Shown in pieces: positions 15,938 through 29,200 of a stretch of 64,000 nt of DNA. A program made the position numbers and the translations under genes. Source of the DNA: Chrysomallon squamiferum. Its lineage: Eukaryota; Animalia; Mollusca. Below the pieces are notes generated by a model that made no database searches, had not been told where the DNA came from, and saw only the letters and a program-made list of their open reading frames with translations. Location: contig CM022667.1 of the NCBI GenBank assembly GCA_012295275.1, forward strand, positions 12,090,001 to 12,154,000, given 5' to 3'. Each line of letters starts with the position of its first letter. Within the stretch, counting starts at the first letter, position 1.

Positions 15938-16333
15938 AAATTATCATAAAAATAAACTCACTAAAACACTGACGAAACTAAGAGAAACCAGAACAGAAAA
16001 GAAGAAAAGAAAAGAACAACGACCACAACAACAATCAGAAAAATAGCAGCAGCAGCAACAACAACAACAACAATAACAAAAGTAGACGGAACGATATACA
16101 ACGAAATGAAAACATTTATCAGAGTTGAAATAACGGACAAAGCAGATTAAAAATAAAAGATAAATCCTTTTCTACTTTACAAAACATTATTGTTTCCACT
16201 TAATAATAAAATCTATTTACTAAGTCATTATAATTGTACTTTTTGTCAGTGTGCAAAATAAAATAAAATAAAATAATGATAACAGAGATAAAATTATTGA
16301 ACGATAATTCAGAAAAAAAAAAACTAACTGAAA

Positions 16334-16384
<51 letters not shown>

Positions 16385-16526
16385 CAAACGAAAATAACCT
16401 GAAACAAAAATATAAGAAGCAAGCACTGCTTTTGTTAGTGCACTTATGCCATGCTACTTTTAAAATAAAACGAAACAACAACGAAGGCAAGAACATTAAC
16501 AAAAACCAACAATAACAACAACAGCG

Positions 16527-16578
<52 letters not shown>

Positions 16579-16604
16579 TAACAATAATAACAATAACGAT
16601 GATA

Positions 16605-16644
<40 letters not shown>

Positions 16645-17006
16645 CGACAATAATTCAAAAACTGGTAGAACATTACAGTTTCTGTACAAGACTTGCACAC
16701 ATGTTTCAAATTCCGCAGCAGTGCAGGGGACGATTTATGGCGACCCGGGACTCTCTTCAAAAAAAAAAAAATCTCTATGACACTTTAAGTCAGCGACAGA
16801 ATAACATTTATCTTGCAGAAACAATATTTGTCGCTGCAATATTTCACCAAAGCCTTGTCACGGCACATCTCCATAAAATAAAGAGTGAAAAAAAGTGTAC
16901 AAAACCATTGTCTAGAAAAATAAAGACAACCAATCTCTGACGAACGACTTCTGGCACAAATGATCCTTAACAGAAAGTTTGGGGTTCTTAACTGTCAAGA
17001 AATGTG

Positions 17007-17038
<32 letters not shown>

Positions 17039-17521
17039 AGTTTTACGAATCGTTGCTTGTGTTTCTGCTAACACTCCATAACGTCTGTGGGAGTGTTAAA
17101 CTTCAAAGCCTGCTAGGCTCAATTTACAATTTGCAACTTGCAAACCACATTTCGACAACATATATACTCAACGTCATACGCGACTTGAAATACGTCCTAA
17201 GCGGCCGACAAACACTTGCGTCTAATAAATTATACCCTTCTCCCGAAGGAAAAAAAAAAAAAAAAAAAAAAAAAGACTGATAGAGTTTAGAACGAAGGGA
17301 AAAAAAAAAAGGAGTTAAAAAAAAAGAAGATTGCCTTGAAAGAAAAGCTTTGCTTAATTTCTTTATTTTCGGGTGACTACAACTCATTTGTTACATGTGA
17401 TTTGAAGCAAATGAAACATGTAAATACGTGCTGAAAGGAAAAACGAGAAAAATGACAAGTTGTGTAAACCTAAGTGTAACACGGATATATTTCAAGTGTA
17501 CCATGTATATTTTTCTCTCTC

Positions 17522-17554
<33 letters not shown>

Positions 17555-17744
17555 CTTCTCTATTTCCTTCTCGATGTTTTTACCGTCCTAGGTTGCCTGT
17601 TAAACGTTTGTAAACAAATGCTAGACAGTTGCTTTTGGAAGAAAAAAAAAAGAACAAACCTGTCGGTTGTCATTATTTATGAAGATGTCAGAATTTCGTC
17701 TCTCAAGTAGGGCATGATCCTACACCGGGGATGAAAGAAACTGG

Positions 17745-17797
<53 letters not shown>

Positions 17798-18015
17798 GGT
17801 TTTGTTACCTTATCGTCATCATCACTATCATCATAATGATTATCTTCTTCCTTTTTTTTTATCATTCTCTTCTTATTTGGATGGGATTCTTTTTGTTGAT
17901 ATTTTTGTGTTGCTTTTCTTTGACAGTAGATATATATACCTTTGTGTGTGTGTGTGTGTGTGTGTGTTTGTGCATGTATTTTTGCATGTATGTATGTATG
18001 TATGCATGAAAAATA

Positions 18016-18298
18016 GACGTACGGAAAATGGGTACGGAAAAAAATGGCACCTGAAAACGAAATATATTATTGACATTTATTTATTGGTAGTAGGTGAAGT
18101 CCTGCTTAGAAAAACAATTCATAATAAAAAATAAAAAAAAAAAAAAACATGAAAAGACCCAGTGCATGAATAATGTTTGAGATCATTATTTAATGTCAGA
18201 AGTAATCCACAGCTGTCATATTTAACAACTGTTGACAGTTCATAGTTAAACGGTTAGTCAAAACAAATGTAAGCAAAAAAACAATCACTCTAAATAAA

Positions 18299-18352
<54 letters not shown>

Positions 18353-18847
18353 AATATCATATGCTATGTTTGAACTGACAGAATGATATCATTCTGGAGG
18401 ATATTGTAACTATGGTATGCGGATTAACATTAGGTACTGCTGTATGAACGAGTCTGTATGTATGAACTTAGTCGTGCAATCACATACGTGTGCAAGTGTG
18501 TACATACACACACACACATACACACATAATTCCCTTGGTATTTGATCATGACAGCATACTCAGTTAAATCTTACTTACAAAAACAATTCATAACTGCTGG
18601 TCACAACATCCACTGGAAACCTCATAGTAACCAAAACCAAGTGGATGAGTGATGCTATGTATGTTATATTTTTGAATGTGATAATTGCAAAATATTAAAC
18701 TCTGATATAATACTGTACTTTGCTAAGCAAAAGCAAGTGGATGAGTGATGCTATATATTAATAGAAACGTATGTAGCAATACTGCATGTATTTTCAAAAG
18801 TAGTTTGCATAGTGCTATTTCTTCCGGGTGCCATTTTTTCCTACACC
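18016..18847. mobile_element. Decayed non-autonomous DNA transposon / MITE-like element with sub-repeated inverted termini
   Basis: Left GGAAAAAAATGGCACC (18036-18051) is the near reverse complement of right GGTGCCATTTTTTCC (18827-18841). Each end has a second degenerate unit. CpG-poor interior, no ORF, no clear TSD. Confidence 0.5.
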
Positions 18848-19665
18848 TGTATGTATGTAACCGTATTTATATATCTGTTTAGGTATGTGTACATACATGT
18901 TTGTGTCTAAGTAAATGTGTATGCATGTTTATATTTGTGTATGTACTATCTAAATGTGTGTACGTATATTTGTGGTGGTGTGCTTTATATGTGTGTATGT
19001 TTGTATGTGTACATTCATGAATACATTATAACTTATTATGAGATTCTTTTTTTTTTTTTCATGTTCTTCTTCATTAGTGTGCGTATTTGGAATCTGTACG
19101 TAATTATGCGATAAATAAGAGAATTTGAAGTCCAGATTTATCACGAGATGTGCATATGACAGACATCAGAGTAAATTAAAAATACCTTGTTATCCCCGAC
19201 ATGTGTCTGGGATAGGTGATACAGGAAGTTATCAATTTCCACCAATAAAAATGTTCGTTACGCGAAGAGCGAGACGACGCGTTATCCAACTCGACCAATA
19301 AACGGATTCGTTACGTGCGATACACGTTCGCAAAACGTGTTTAACTGACAGCCGTGCAAATTGAAAGATCGCATCGCGTTGATGCCTCTGGAGGTTTCCC
19401 ACGATTGTCTCTGCGAGGGGAGAGCCCGACCGACATACGGCAAGACGAGATGTTAGTTATACGTCCCAACAAACAAGCATTTTCATCTCGGGATGTGTCC
19501 GAGATGTCGAACAAGATTTCGGACAAATTAACAGTCACCCTAAGTTTTCGTGTTCTCCTGTTGTGTCGTGGTTGTTGTGAGTGACCGATTGCTTGGTTTA
19601 TATTGTGGGCAATGTGTTACACATTTTGACAAGACTGGGAGGGAGGGAGGGAGGGAGAGAGGGAG

Positions 19666-19704
<39 letters not shown>

Positions 19705-19860
19705 CACATGTCAGAAGTATTTGTGGTTGGTAACAGTGTAATCTGCTTCAGCCTTGAGATGTCTGGCTGATTACTGGAAGGGAAGTGTGATGACATCTAC
19801 ACGTTGATAGGAGTGGTGTGTTGCTCTCTTTCTGTCTGTCTCTGTCTGTCTGTCTGTCTG

Positions 19861-19864
<4 letters not shown>

Positions 19865-19948
<84 letters not shown>

Positions 19949-20036
19949 AGAAATATAAACTTTTTCTAACGTTCCCCCATGATTCTCTCTCATTTTGTTT
20001 CTGGATCCACAAATGTATAAATAATTAGAAACACTG

Positions 20037-20105
<69 letters not shown>
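19865..20105. repeat. (CT)n, (TA)n and (CA)n microsatellites
   Basis: Direct reading. Confidence 0.95.
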
Positions 20106-21408
20106 GAGAGACATATAGATATGTGTTTCTCTGTATGTATATGTATGTGTGAGTCTGTGAATATATCTGTTTGCATGCGTCTGTCAGTCTGTATGTATGA
20201 CTGTGTATGAGTATGTATGACCATGCATTTAAACAGACATAATTACACTTCTTAAATGGATAGTATAACAATAATTACATATATTTTATTTTTGACTATT
20301 ATAAATATGATACGGTCAGAAAACAAAATGACCCTCCTCTTTGTTATTCCCAGCCAGTGTCCAGCAACCGGACTTTGATGGAGCTGACCACCTACAAAGC
20401 TTAATAACGCAGACAATTTTTGTCCATCGTTTTCAGGCATCACGTTACATCGGGAATGCGGAGCCGACGTCTTTCTGCGACGTCAAGGAATGATGTACAG
20501 ATGCTGGAACACAGTCAACAAATAACTCCGTCACGTCGCTGTGGAGGTTAAATCGCAAGAACGCGCGCGATTCCGCGAGATCGCGACAAAATGCGGGCAG
20601 ACGACATAACGGTATTTCGCGCGCTTGTCATCTTCAGTTTAGGAGACGAAAACTTATCTTCTGCTCTTAAGTAATCAGAGTCTTTTTTTTTTTCTTTTCT
20701 TTCTTTCTGTGATGTTCTTTATGTTTTGATTTATTATTATCAAAGATAAAGAAAAATAGTGTCGCTTTTTTTATTGTTCTTGTTGTGCTTTCTTCATTCT
20801 GTTTTACGACTGCATGGATGGTTTAGAAAATGATTGAGCAAAACGTTTGTGTCCATTTATAAAGATTGTTAGATTGAGCGAAATATTTTTCTGTTTCTTT
20901 TTATTGTTTTTAACATTTTTTTTTTTTAAAGTTTTTATTCTCATTGTGTGGTGTGGTTATTTTTTGCTTAGTTTATTCTTTAAAATACTCATTTAGTGTT
21001 TTTTTGTTTTTATGGGAAAAAAGAAATGAAGAGCAAGAAGAAGAAGATAAGAAGAAAATGCAGAGAAAATAAAGAGACTAGGAAGAAGAAGAAATCGAAA
21101 AAACAACACAGGAAAATAAAAATAATAAAGGAATAAGATTGAAAAACATCAAGAAGACAAATTTGGTGAATAATTGCAAACTAAATTTTTAATAAAAGGA
21201 ACTGGTTTGAAAAAGACATAACATCAACAAAACAACCCCCCACCCACCCACCCCAAAAAAAAAAAAAAAAAAAAAATAAATAAAAATGTAATAATAATAA
21301 TAAAGAAACAAAATTATTAAAAGTTTGAAAAAGATAATAAAATGGAAAAGGCATAAGAAAAAAAAAAACCCAACAATAAGCAAACTAACACACAAACAAA
21401 TAAACAAA

Positions 21409-21443
<35 letters not shown>

Positions 21444-23079
21444 ACAAACAAGCAAATGAATAAATAATGAAAAGTAAAAGAACTGCATCCTCTTTCGTTT
21501 TAAAGATTTGTTTTTGTTTTCAAAATGAAGAACGTTCTCCTAATTGAAACATCTTCTTTAACAACCCAGAACCTTTCCTCGGCTTGAACTAATATTTGCG
21601 TTTCTCTGTAGTATATTTATTTTTACAGTACCTAAATCTACCGAATCTAGGTTTCTCTTCTAGCGAAAATATTTCACCAAAGTCGGAATCTTCCTTTAAC
21701 ATATCGGCTTTCGCTTTTATTTCCGCCATTAAAAGAAGCGCCATGTTATTGGACTATTTCTGGCGCGCTTTAACACGCGCTGTAAAAATCGCATCTCGAT
21801 TCTCTACACTTATTAGTGGCAATTAAACGACGAAGAGTAAACGTTTATCAAGACTCGCGCCATATTATTTTTCTAGGTAAAACCAATCAACGGCTTCCTT
21901 GCATATTTTTTTTTTTTTTTTTTTTTTAACTGTTCGAAATGAGACAGCAACAGGTGTAAGCCGTGTTGTCATTTTCGAGGCAACTCGGGCCTTAATTAAT
22001 GTTCGGGCATTTCCGGCCACGTCCTTTCTCGTGATAAGTAATGTTTTCTCAAAGATACGACTCATTTGACGGGCAAACTCCCGTGTAAAGTTTCCACCGA
22101 CAGCTTAACGAATTTGTTTTATTTTCTGCTAATTTGCTTACCAGATTTGAGTCGCGGGTTTTCTCAGTATCTCGATCTCTCTCTCTCTCTTTTCTCTTCT
22201 CTCTCTGCACGCCTTTTTCTCGTTTTACTCCGTCTCTCTGTCGAATGCCTGCGGGAGATGAATTAATATTTTACGCTTGGAAGATAGTTTATTTTATGTC
22301 ACAGTAAACCTGTTCGTTTCCATTATATTTCTTTCAAAACATTTATATTTTTTCGTTTTTTTTTTTTTTTTTCGTTTTTTTTTTTTCTCCGTTTACATTT
22401 CTTTCCTTTTTCTGTTTTTCTAATGCTGGCAAGAATGAAATATGTTTTACAATTTAGAACAATTTTTTTTTTTTTTTTTTGAAAAAATCTAACTAAAAAC
22501 CAAAAAGATCATTTACTAAAATTGACGCGTAAAAAACCGCTAAGGCAGTTTTCTAAAGTAAAGCAAATGCTGCTTTTCTGGTTTTCGTGTAATGACATGA
22601 TTTACTGAAATTTGCCTACTGTTTTTCGATCACCTATGACAAAAAAAATAAATTAAATAATGCATTAGTTACAAAAAAAAAATAGTAAGCTAAGTGACAC
22701 AGAATAATAAAACAGAAACATTCAATTTCGTTAAAAGTCTTTAAAAACTAGAAAAAAGTGAAAGGAAGATGTATCACTCTAATGAAATGCTTGTTTGCAA
22801 TTTTAAAACTAATGAGATAATTAAGAGAAACATATGAAAATAAAACGAAGCTGAAATAATGAAAGAGAACAGAAAAAACATAATTGCGTGAAAGTGTGTC
22901 GTGTAATGAAATTAACAAAGATTTGATGTTGTATTTTTATTTATTTATTTATTTATTTATATTTTATGGTTGTTGTTGTTGTTGTTATTGTTATTATTAT
23001 TTTTGTGATAATTATTTTGAATCATACAAAATGAGATAAAAGCATATACACACGCTAACACTTATATATATATAAACAT

Positions 23080-23370
23080 GCATGCGTACGTACATATACA
23101 TACATACACACACACATACATACATACAAATATACATACATACATACACACACATACATACATACAAACATACATACAAACATACATACATACATAAACA
23201 CATACATACATACATACAAATATACATACATACATACATACATACATACATACATACACACATACATACATACATACAAATATACATACACACATACAAA
23301 CACACATACATACATACATACGTACATACATATTCATACATACGAACATATCTACAGATACATAAACACA
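23080..23370. repeat. (CATA)n-based tetranucleotide array with a higher-order ~60-90 bp block
   Basis: The block CATACATACAAATATACATACA recurs near 23120, 23210 and 23270. Confidence 0.9.
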
Positions 23371-24183
23371 TAAGATATTCTTTTACTGTACACTGGTATC
23401 TGGAACGTATGGTGACGTTATATAACTGACTGGACATAGACTAAGGAAAACATTTCTTTTACTGGATTGAGCAATAAGTCATTGCGGTTAAATTAACTTT
23501 AATCATTACACAGAAAAAAACTTAATCTTAACTATAACTGTTGGGAAGAAGTGGTAAATAACAACGAAGAATACATTATCGATTAAATTACATCTTGTCA
23601 TCAATCAATTAAGTATTACGTTTTCTTCTACGTAATAATTAAATTTAATCTAACGTCAATGACGTATTCCTTCAACCCAACACAAAAATGATTCCTAACT
23701 CTCAGCAGTCTCTACCCAGAAACATTCGCGATTTTTTGTTGTGTTACTGTTTCAGACGTTCTCAGCTCCACCGAAGTGAAAAGCTCAGCCACATGTGTTG
23801 TTAGACAGGGAAGACCATCATCTCCTGCCGACCCTGTACATTTACAACGTGAGCAAGTCAAAACAAACCCAACCGTTCGTGTCAAGCGGACTATAAAGTG
23901 TCCAGGACTCGACGCAGTCTTGTCTTTAATGATGGGAACCGCGAAACATCGGTTTAAACGAAACATGAAATATCATTTTTTTTTTTTTTGTGGCGATTTT
24001 CGTTGAGGAATTTATTCCTGTGAGAAACAAGGTTTATTATCCAAGGTCTTCCTCGCGGTTTCGTGTTTGAAATGAATGTTATGACATTCTGAGAAGACAT
24101 CCAGAGAGAGAGAGAGAAAGAAGAGCTAAATACGTGTGTGTGTGTGTGTGTGTAGAAATAAATAAATGACAGAACGAATGAAG

Positions 24184-24184
<1 letters not shown>

Positions 24185-24269
<85 letters not shown>
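24185..24269. repeat. (CT)n microsatellite
   Basis: Direct reading. Confidence 0.97.
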
Positions 24270-24272
<3 letters not shown>

Positions 24273-24554
24273 CTATCCATCACTCTCCTGTTTTGTTTTT
24301 TCGATTTCTTCTTCTTCCTTTTCTAGTACTTATTTTATTTTCTATCATTATTATTGTATTATTATTATTGTCGTAGTTGTCAGTAGTGCTACTTTTAAAT
24401 ATTATTATTATTATTATTACATATATTTAAAAATGCTTTTTATTATTATTATTATTTTTTTTTTTCTCTACTCTGAAGACTAATTAATATTCAAATATCC
24501 ATATGTTAGGCCATATTATTAAAAATAAAGTTTACAAATACACTAAATTCTAAT

Positions 24555-25200
24555 TAAGGTCGAAGGTTAACCTCAGCCTGTCACACGACAGCTAATAAGA
24601 TAATTTAAGCGCAGCATTTAGAACAATAAATAATACCGTTTCATTGTCGCACTAAAAATAACTGACAATGCATGTGAACCTGCATTCGCAAACCGAGCTT
24701 CCAAACGATCTCAACTTCCTTACTTAATGCACGTGCACTATTAGCGCGCGATTCACTGACAAGATTGATACACCGCTGTCAGCGGAATGCCGCACGTAAC
24801 CAGTCCAGCGGCCGCGGTCACGTGACGCGCGCACGTGCTCGACCTCCATTTTTCTAAGAAGTGTCATCGATAAAAGCCACTTGACTGCTGACGTTCTCTT
24901 TCAGTTATTGTCAGAAATTAATCTATTTGTCCACGAGATCTGCCGACACGTTTTTAGTCGAGGCCGCAGTAATTACTACGTACTGGAAATGGCAGTTTAC
25001 GTTGGACGTGATAATGTATCCAAATAACCGTGAAATTTTTCGGTCCTGGAAGGTCATTTTGTGTCCACGTTTTGTGTCAGCAGGGGGCAATGTGATTGCA
25101 ATCACTGCTTCTTGCTTCGTACGAAATTCTGTTTTGTCGATAGATTACGGCGCATGCACCTCTACAAAACAGCGGCGTGATTGCACGTGCACTTGAATCT
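24555..25200. promoter_or_regulatory. Candidate upstream enhancer (E-box cluster, nuclear-receptor DR1-like site, CTCF-like site)
   Basis: CACGTG at 24730, 24819, 24832, 25184; AGGTCG-A-AGGTTA 24557-24569; TCAGCAGGGGGCAAT 25077-25091; CpG-rich. Confidence 0.5.
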
Positions 25201-25437
25201 CAGAGAAGATCGACATTTGTTGTTGTTGTTTGTTGTTGTATTTTATTGTCGTCGTCGTTGTTGTTGTTGTTTATAGCCAGTAAAGGAATCGTAAATTTAA
25301 TTATTTTTCAAACAAAACATTCGCTCGTTATATTTAATACGTAAATATTAAGAACATTTTTGAAATGCGAGTGTATTTGAAAGATAACCAAACCCAAACG
25401 TTCTAGATTAATGGTTCTATTCTGGTTTTACCCAGCA

Positions 25438-25469
<32 letters not shown>

Positions 25470-26048
25470 AATAAAATAAATTAAAATAAAATTCTCGTAT
25501 AATTTCAAAACCCGCTCATGTACGTGTTCTTAATACATGAACTGTCTATGTAAAACTTTTCAATTCATAATTTTATACGAGTATGTGCATGTGTTTATGT
25601 GGAGTGTTTGTATCTTGATAGTCTAAGTACCTTCCGTTGACATACGATATTTAATAATTCATTGAAAAAAAAGGTCTAAAGTGATTTCTCATGCACATTA
25701 ATACTTGCAAACAGATTAATTACCAGAGTTTTGTCAACAGAACTCGAAATAGCTAAGTTGTCGGACAATAAATATGAAACAGCAGAACATAATTCCTTTG
25801 TGACGTCATCAGCGTATGGAATTACGTACACCATTACGTTTATTATTATTGAGTAGGCATTATCTGAGTAAATAAATACTGCATTTAATCATTCACAGAA
25901 GCTTTTATATTTTCCTAATTTTAGAATTTGTGTTTTATATTTCTGTTTTATAATGGTGGTACTAATTTCAGTGTTTAATTATAATTTTCAAAAGATCTGC
26001 TTATATTCATACTTAAAAGCAAACATATATATGTATTTATACACGTAC

Positions 26049-26095
<47 letters not shown>

Positions 26096-26805
26096 ATAGG
26101 CATACAAATATTACATCAAATTTGCCCTGTTTCATTTTGTAGAATGAGCTTTTCTTTTATATTCAAAATCACAGGTAAATTGTTTGGTTGTCAATATATT
26201 TAATCGTTAGATCTTTAGTACGGTGGCCTGTATGTTCATTTTGTATTAGAATCATTTCAAAAACAAACCCGTCGCTACCCGTATTTCATAAAAACAGCGC
26301 TTCAGGTTTAATGCGATTAATGACATAAAATAGAGTTATTGCCCCTTAATCGTTAACAGTCTATTTTTGCATTAGTCGACTTAGTTGCTGTCCTTTTTTT
26401 CGTTTTTTACTTTCTGCACTTTAAATACTGTATTTACTTTATACGTATGACTGCTACTGCTAATAAGAAAATTTGCTATTAGTGCCACCATTTCTGCTGC
26501 AGTGTATGTTTCTACAATCAGAAATAACTGAGATAGCGCAATATTTGTTTGCATTTAAAAACAGCAGTGCAAAGATGATCTCTTACAGTTAAAGTGTAGG
26601 AGTTATTAACAGTAACAGCAGCATTTGTTTCAGTTGTAACGATGGTGGTGTTGGTGTTGTTGTAGTGGTGATAATAATGACGACAACGGTACTGGTGGCA
26701 TTAGTGGTTGTACAGGCAGTAGCAGTTGTGGTAATAAAATAAAAAATTGTTTTAGCAGTAATAGTATTATGAAAAATAGTAATGATCGTAGAAACAGTGA
26801 TACTT

Positions 26806-26880
26806 TAGTAGTAGCAGTAGCAGTAGTAGTAGTAGTAGTAGTAGTAGTAGCAGTAGTAGTAGGGATAGTAGTAGTAGTAA

Positions 26881-26964
<84 letters not shown>

Positions 26965-27105
26965 CAGCAGCAGTAGTAGGAATAATAGTGGTAGTAATAG
27001 TAGCAGTAGTAGTAGTACTAGTAGTAGTAGTAGTAGTAGTAGAAGTGGTATCATAGTTTAATAGTGATAGTAGTAGTAGCGGTAGCAGCAGTGGTAGTAG
27101 TAGTA
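26806..27105. repeat. (TAG)n microsatellite with CAG variants
   Basis: Direct reading; source of the poly-T/V/L ORFs. Confidence 0.95.
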
Positions 27106-27952
27106 ACGATACCAGCGACAGCAAAACCTCAACACAAAGAATGAACTGGCAACGTAAACTCCCCTTTCTTTACCCGCAGTGTAAAATAATCTTACGTTTT
27201 TGTGGAGCAGATGATTGCAGATTGATGTTTTCTGGTAACTTAACAACTTTGCATTCCGGGAAACAAATTAATAATAATAAGAAATAAAAAAAAAGAGGAA
27301 TAATAATAATAATAAAAAATGCAGTTTTTGACAGCCTTGGGTTGACGTTCAGGTACCTCGTGTATTCTGCATTTTAAAACTTGTAACCTGAGATGGCCGA
27401 CGATTTCAGTGCACTTAGGATTAACTGGCAGATTTTAACCTGAGTTAAAGTGCGAATATTTATATTCTCTCCAGAAATCATCATTTGGCATTTATTGTGT
27501 TCTTGTTCCATTTTTTTGTTTTTTTGTTTTTTTTGTTCTTGTCTGAGGGAATTTGATTTAATAATGTAATGGATGTTTTGTTTTGTTAGGTTTTTGTTTT
27601 GTTTTATTTTACTTTATTTAATTTATTTGTTTGTTTGTTTTTATTATAAAAACTACTACTGCTATTATTACTAGTGCTGCTACTACTGCTATTCCTGCCA
27701 TAACTTTTCTGCTTTTCTTATTACTGCTATTTTCATTGTCATTATTTATTTATTTATTTATAATCTATATTTAAAATAAGAATAACAATGTTAATAAAAA
27801 GAGAAATTGTTCAACTTCAGATATGTTATGCAAATTCAAAATTCGAAACAAATGTTATTAATATTTTTATGCTAATGAATTAGTCAAACATTATAACATT
27901 AAAGAATACTGAATGTTAGTCTTTTAGGATTTTCTTCGAAAATATTTTTACT

Positions 27953-28077
27953 GTGAGTAAGAAAATCACTATCGCCCATACGTGGACTGTTACTTTTAAC
28001 TATAGAGAGGACATCACATACCACAGAGTTTCTTATTCCAGTGACGGTGCACTGGTTGGAACGGAATATACCTCAAA
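27953..28077 (-). mobile_element. Possible degenerate fragment of a Deu/Nin-domain type SINE core
   Basis: The + strand reads CACATACCAC...CCAGT...GGTGCACTGGTTGGAACG, colinear with my recollection of the reverse-complemented core (GCACATACCACGGCCTTTG...CCAGTCGTGG(A/T)GCACTGGCTGGAACG). Recalled, not aligned. Confidence 0.45.
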
Positions 28078-28759
28078 GCCACCATGAGTAAGATATTTGA
28101 AATATTATAATATTATAAACATTTTTTTTTAAACTAACCATTTTCATTGTATTCAATTGCAGTATTTTTTTTTTTTTTTTTGTAAGTATCATAAAAACTC
28201 TGGTTTATACAAAGACGTAGAATGTTTTCTTGTCTAAAGCATGTTCAGTGGGGAAAACAAAATTAATAATTAAACAAAATTAAATAAAATCCCATGGTGT
28301 TGAGAAAAAAAGCAACCTCTGAAATGTCGGTTTTACATTTTTATTCAAATAAATATCTTATACGAATTGTTTAGAAAGGTTAACAAACAGTTTTACGTTA
28401 TTTTACTTCAGAATTTTAGAAATTTTGGTTTAAACGTTTAACCTTTATATAACTAATTTATTTCATTTGCCTGCCAAACGAATAGTTTCATAGTGACAAT
28501 CAAAATTTAAAAAAAAATAAATAAATAAAATAGATAAATAAAACTTAATTAGATTTTAATCAGACTTCGTTTAGAGTCATTTTCTCGCGTCATCGGGAAC
28601 CAGTTTGAAAATTTGCTTTCAATTTAGCGAAAACGTCTTTATGTAAACTTCTAATCAAGTTTAATTAACGTTTTCAGGTTGATTGTTTACTTGTGAGCAC
28701 ACTTTTCTAATTAACAACCATTGCATGTTAATCTCATTCACCTATCTCTAATCAAAACA

Positions 28760-29200
28760 GTCCAATCTCACCCTTTCTGGATCCTCTCAAATTTGAAAAA
28801 GAAGAAGAAGAAGAAAAAAAAAAAAAAAAAAAAAAGTAGGAATTGACACAGAAATCCCATTGGGAGGAGCCATACACGAATCCTGTCAATCAAATTTCCC
28901 GTAGGCGGAGCTCCGAAGCAGCAGCCGTGACTAATCGATAAACACCTTCTTAGCTAAGCTGCGAATTGCGCCAATGGCGACATAGAACATTGCTTTACCC
29001 CCAATTAAAATGTCCGAAGGGGGCACAGACGCTTGCTCGTGGCTGATCAGACGCGGCTGGGATCAATATTAATGAGTTAGACGATTGGAAATATGAAAAC
29101 ACGCCAATAATCGCGCGGAGAGGTTTCTTTCTGATCGACAAGCAAGTGCTAAGAAAGTCTCCAACCATTTTCCTCGACGTCCTCTTGTGTTGCTGCTTTT
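28760..29200 (+). promoter_or_regulatory. Putative Irx proximal promoter (CCAAT-rich, PBX-MEIS decamer, no clear TATA)
   Basis: CCAAT/ATTGG at 28762, 28859, 28971, 29001, 29084, 29104; CTGTCAATCA (TGATTGACAG on minus) at 28883-28892; CpG-rich; 330-770 bp upstream of the ATG. TSS not determinable from sequence. Confidence 0.7.
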
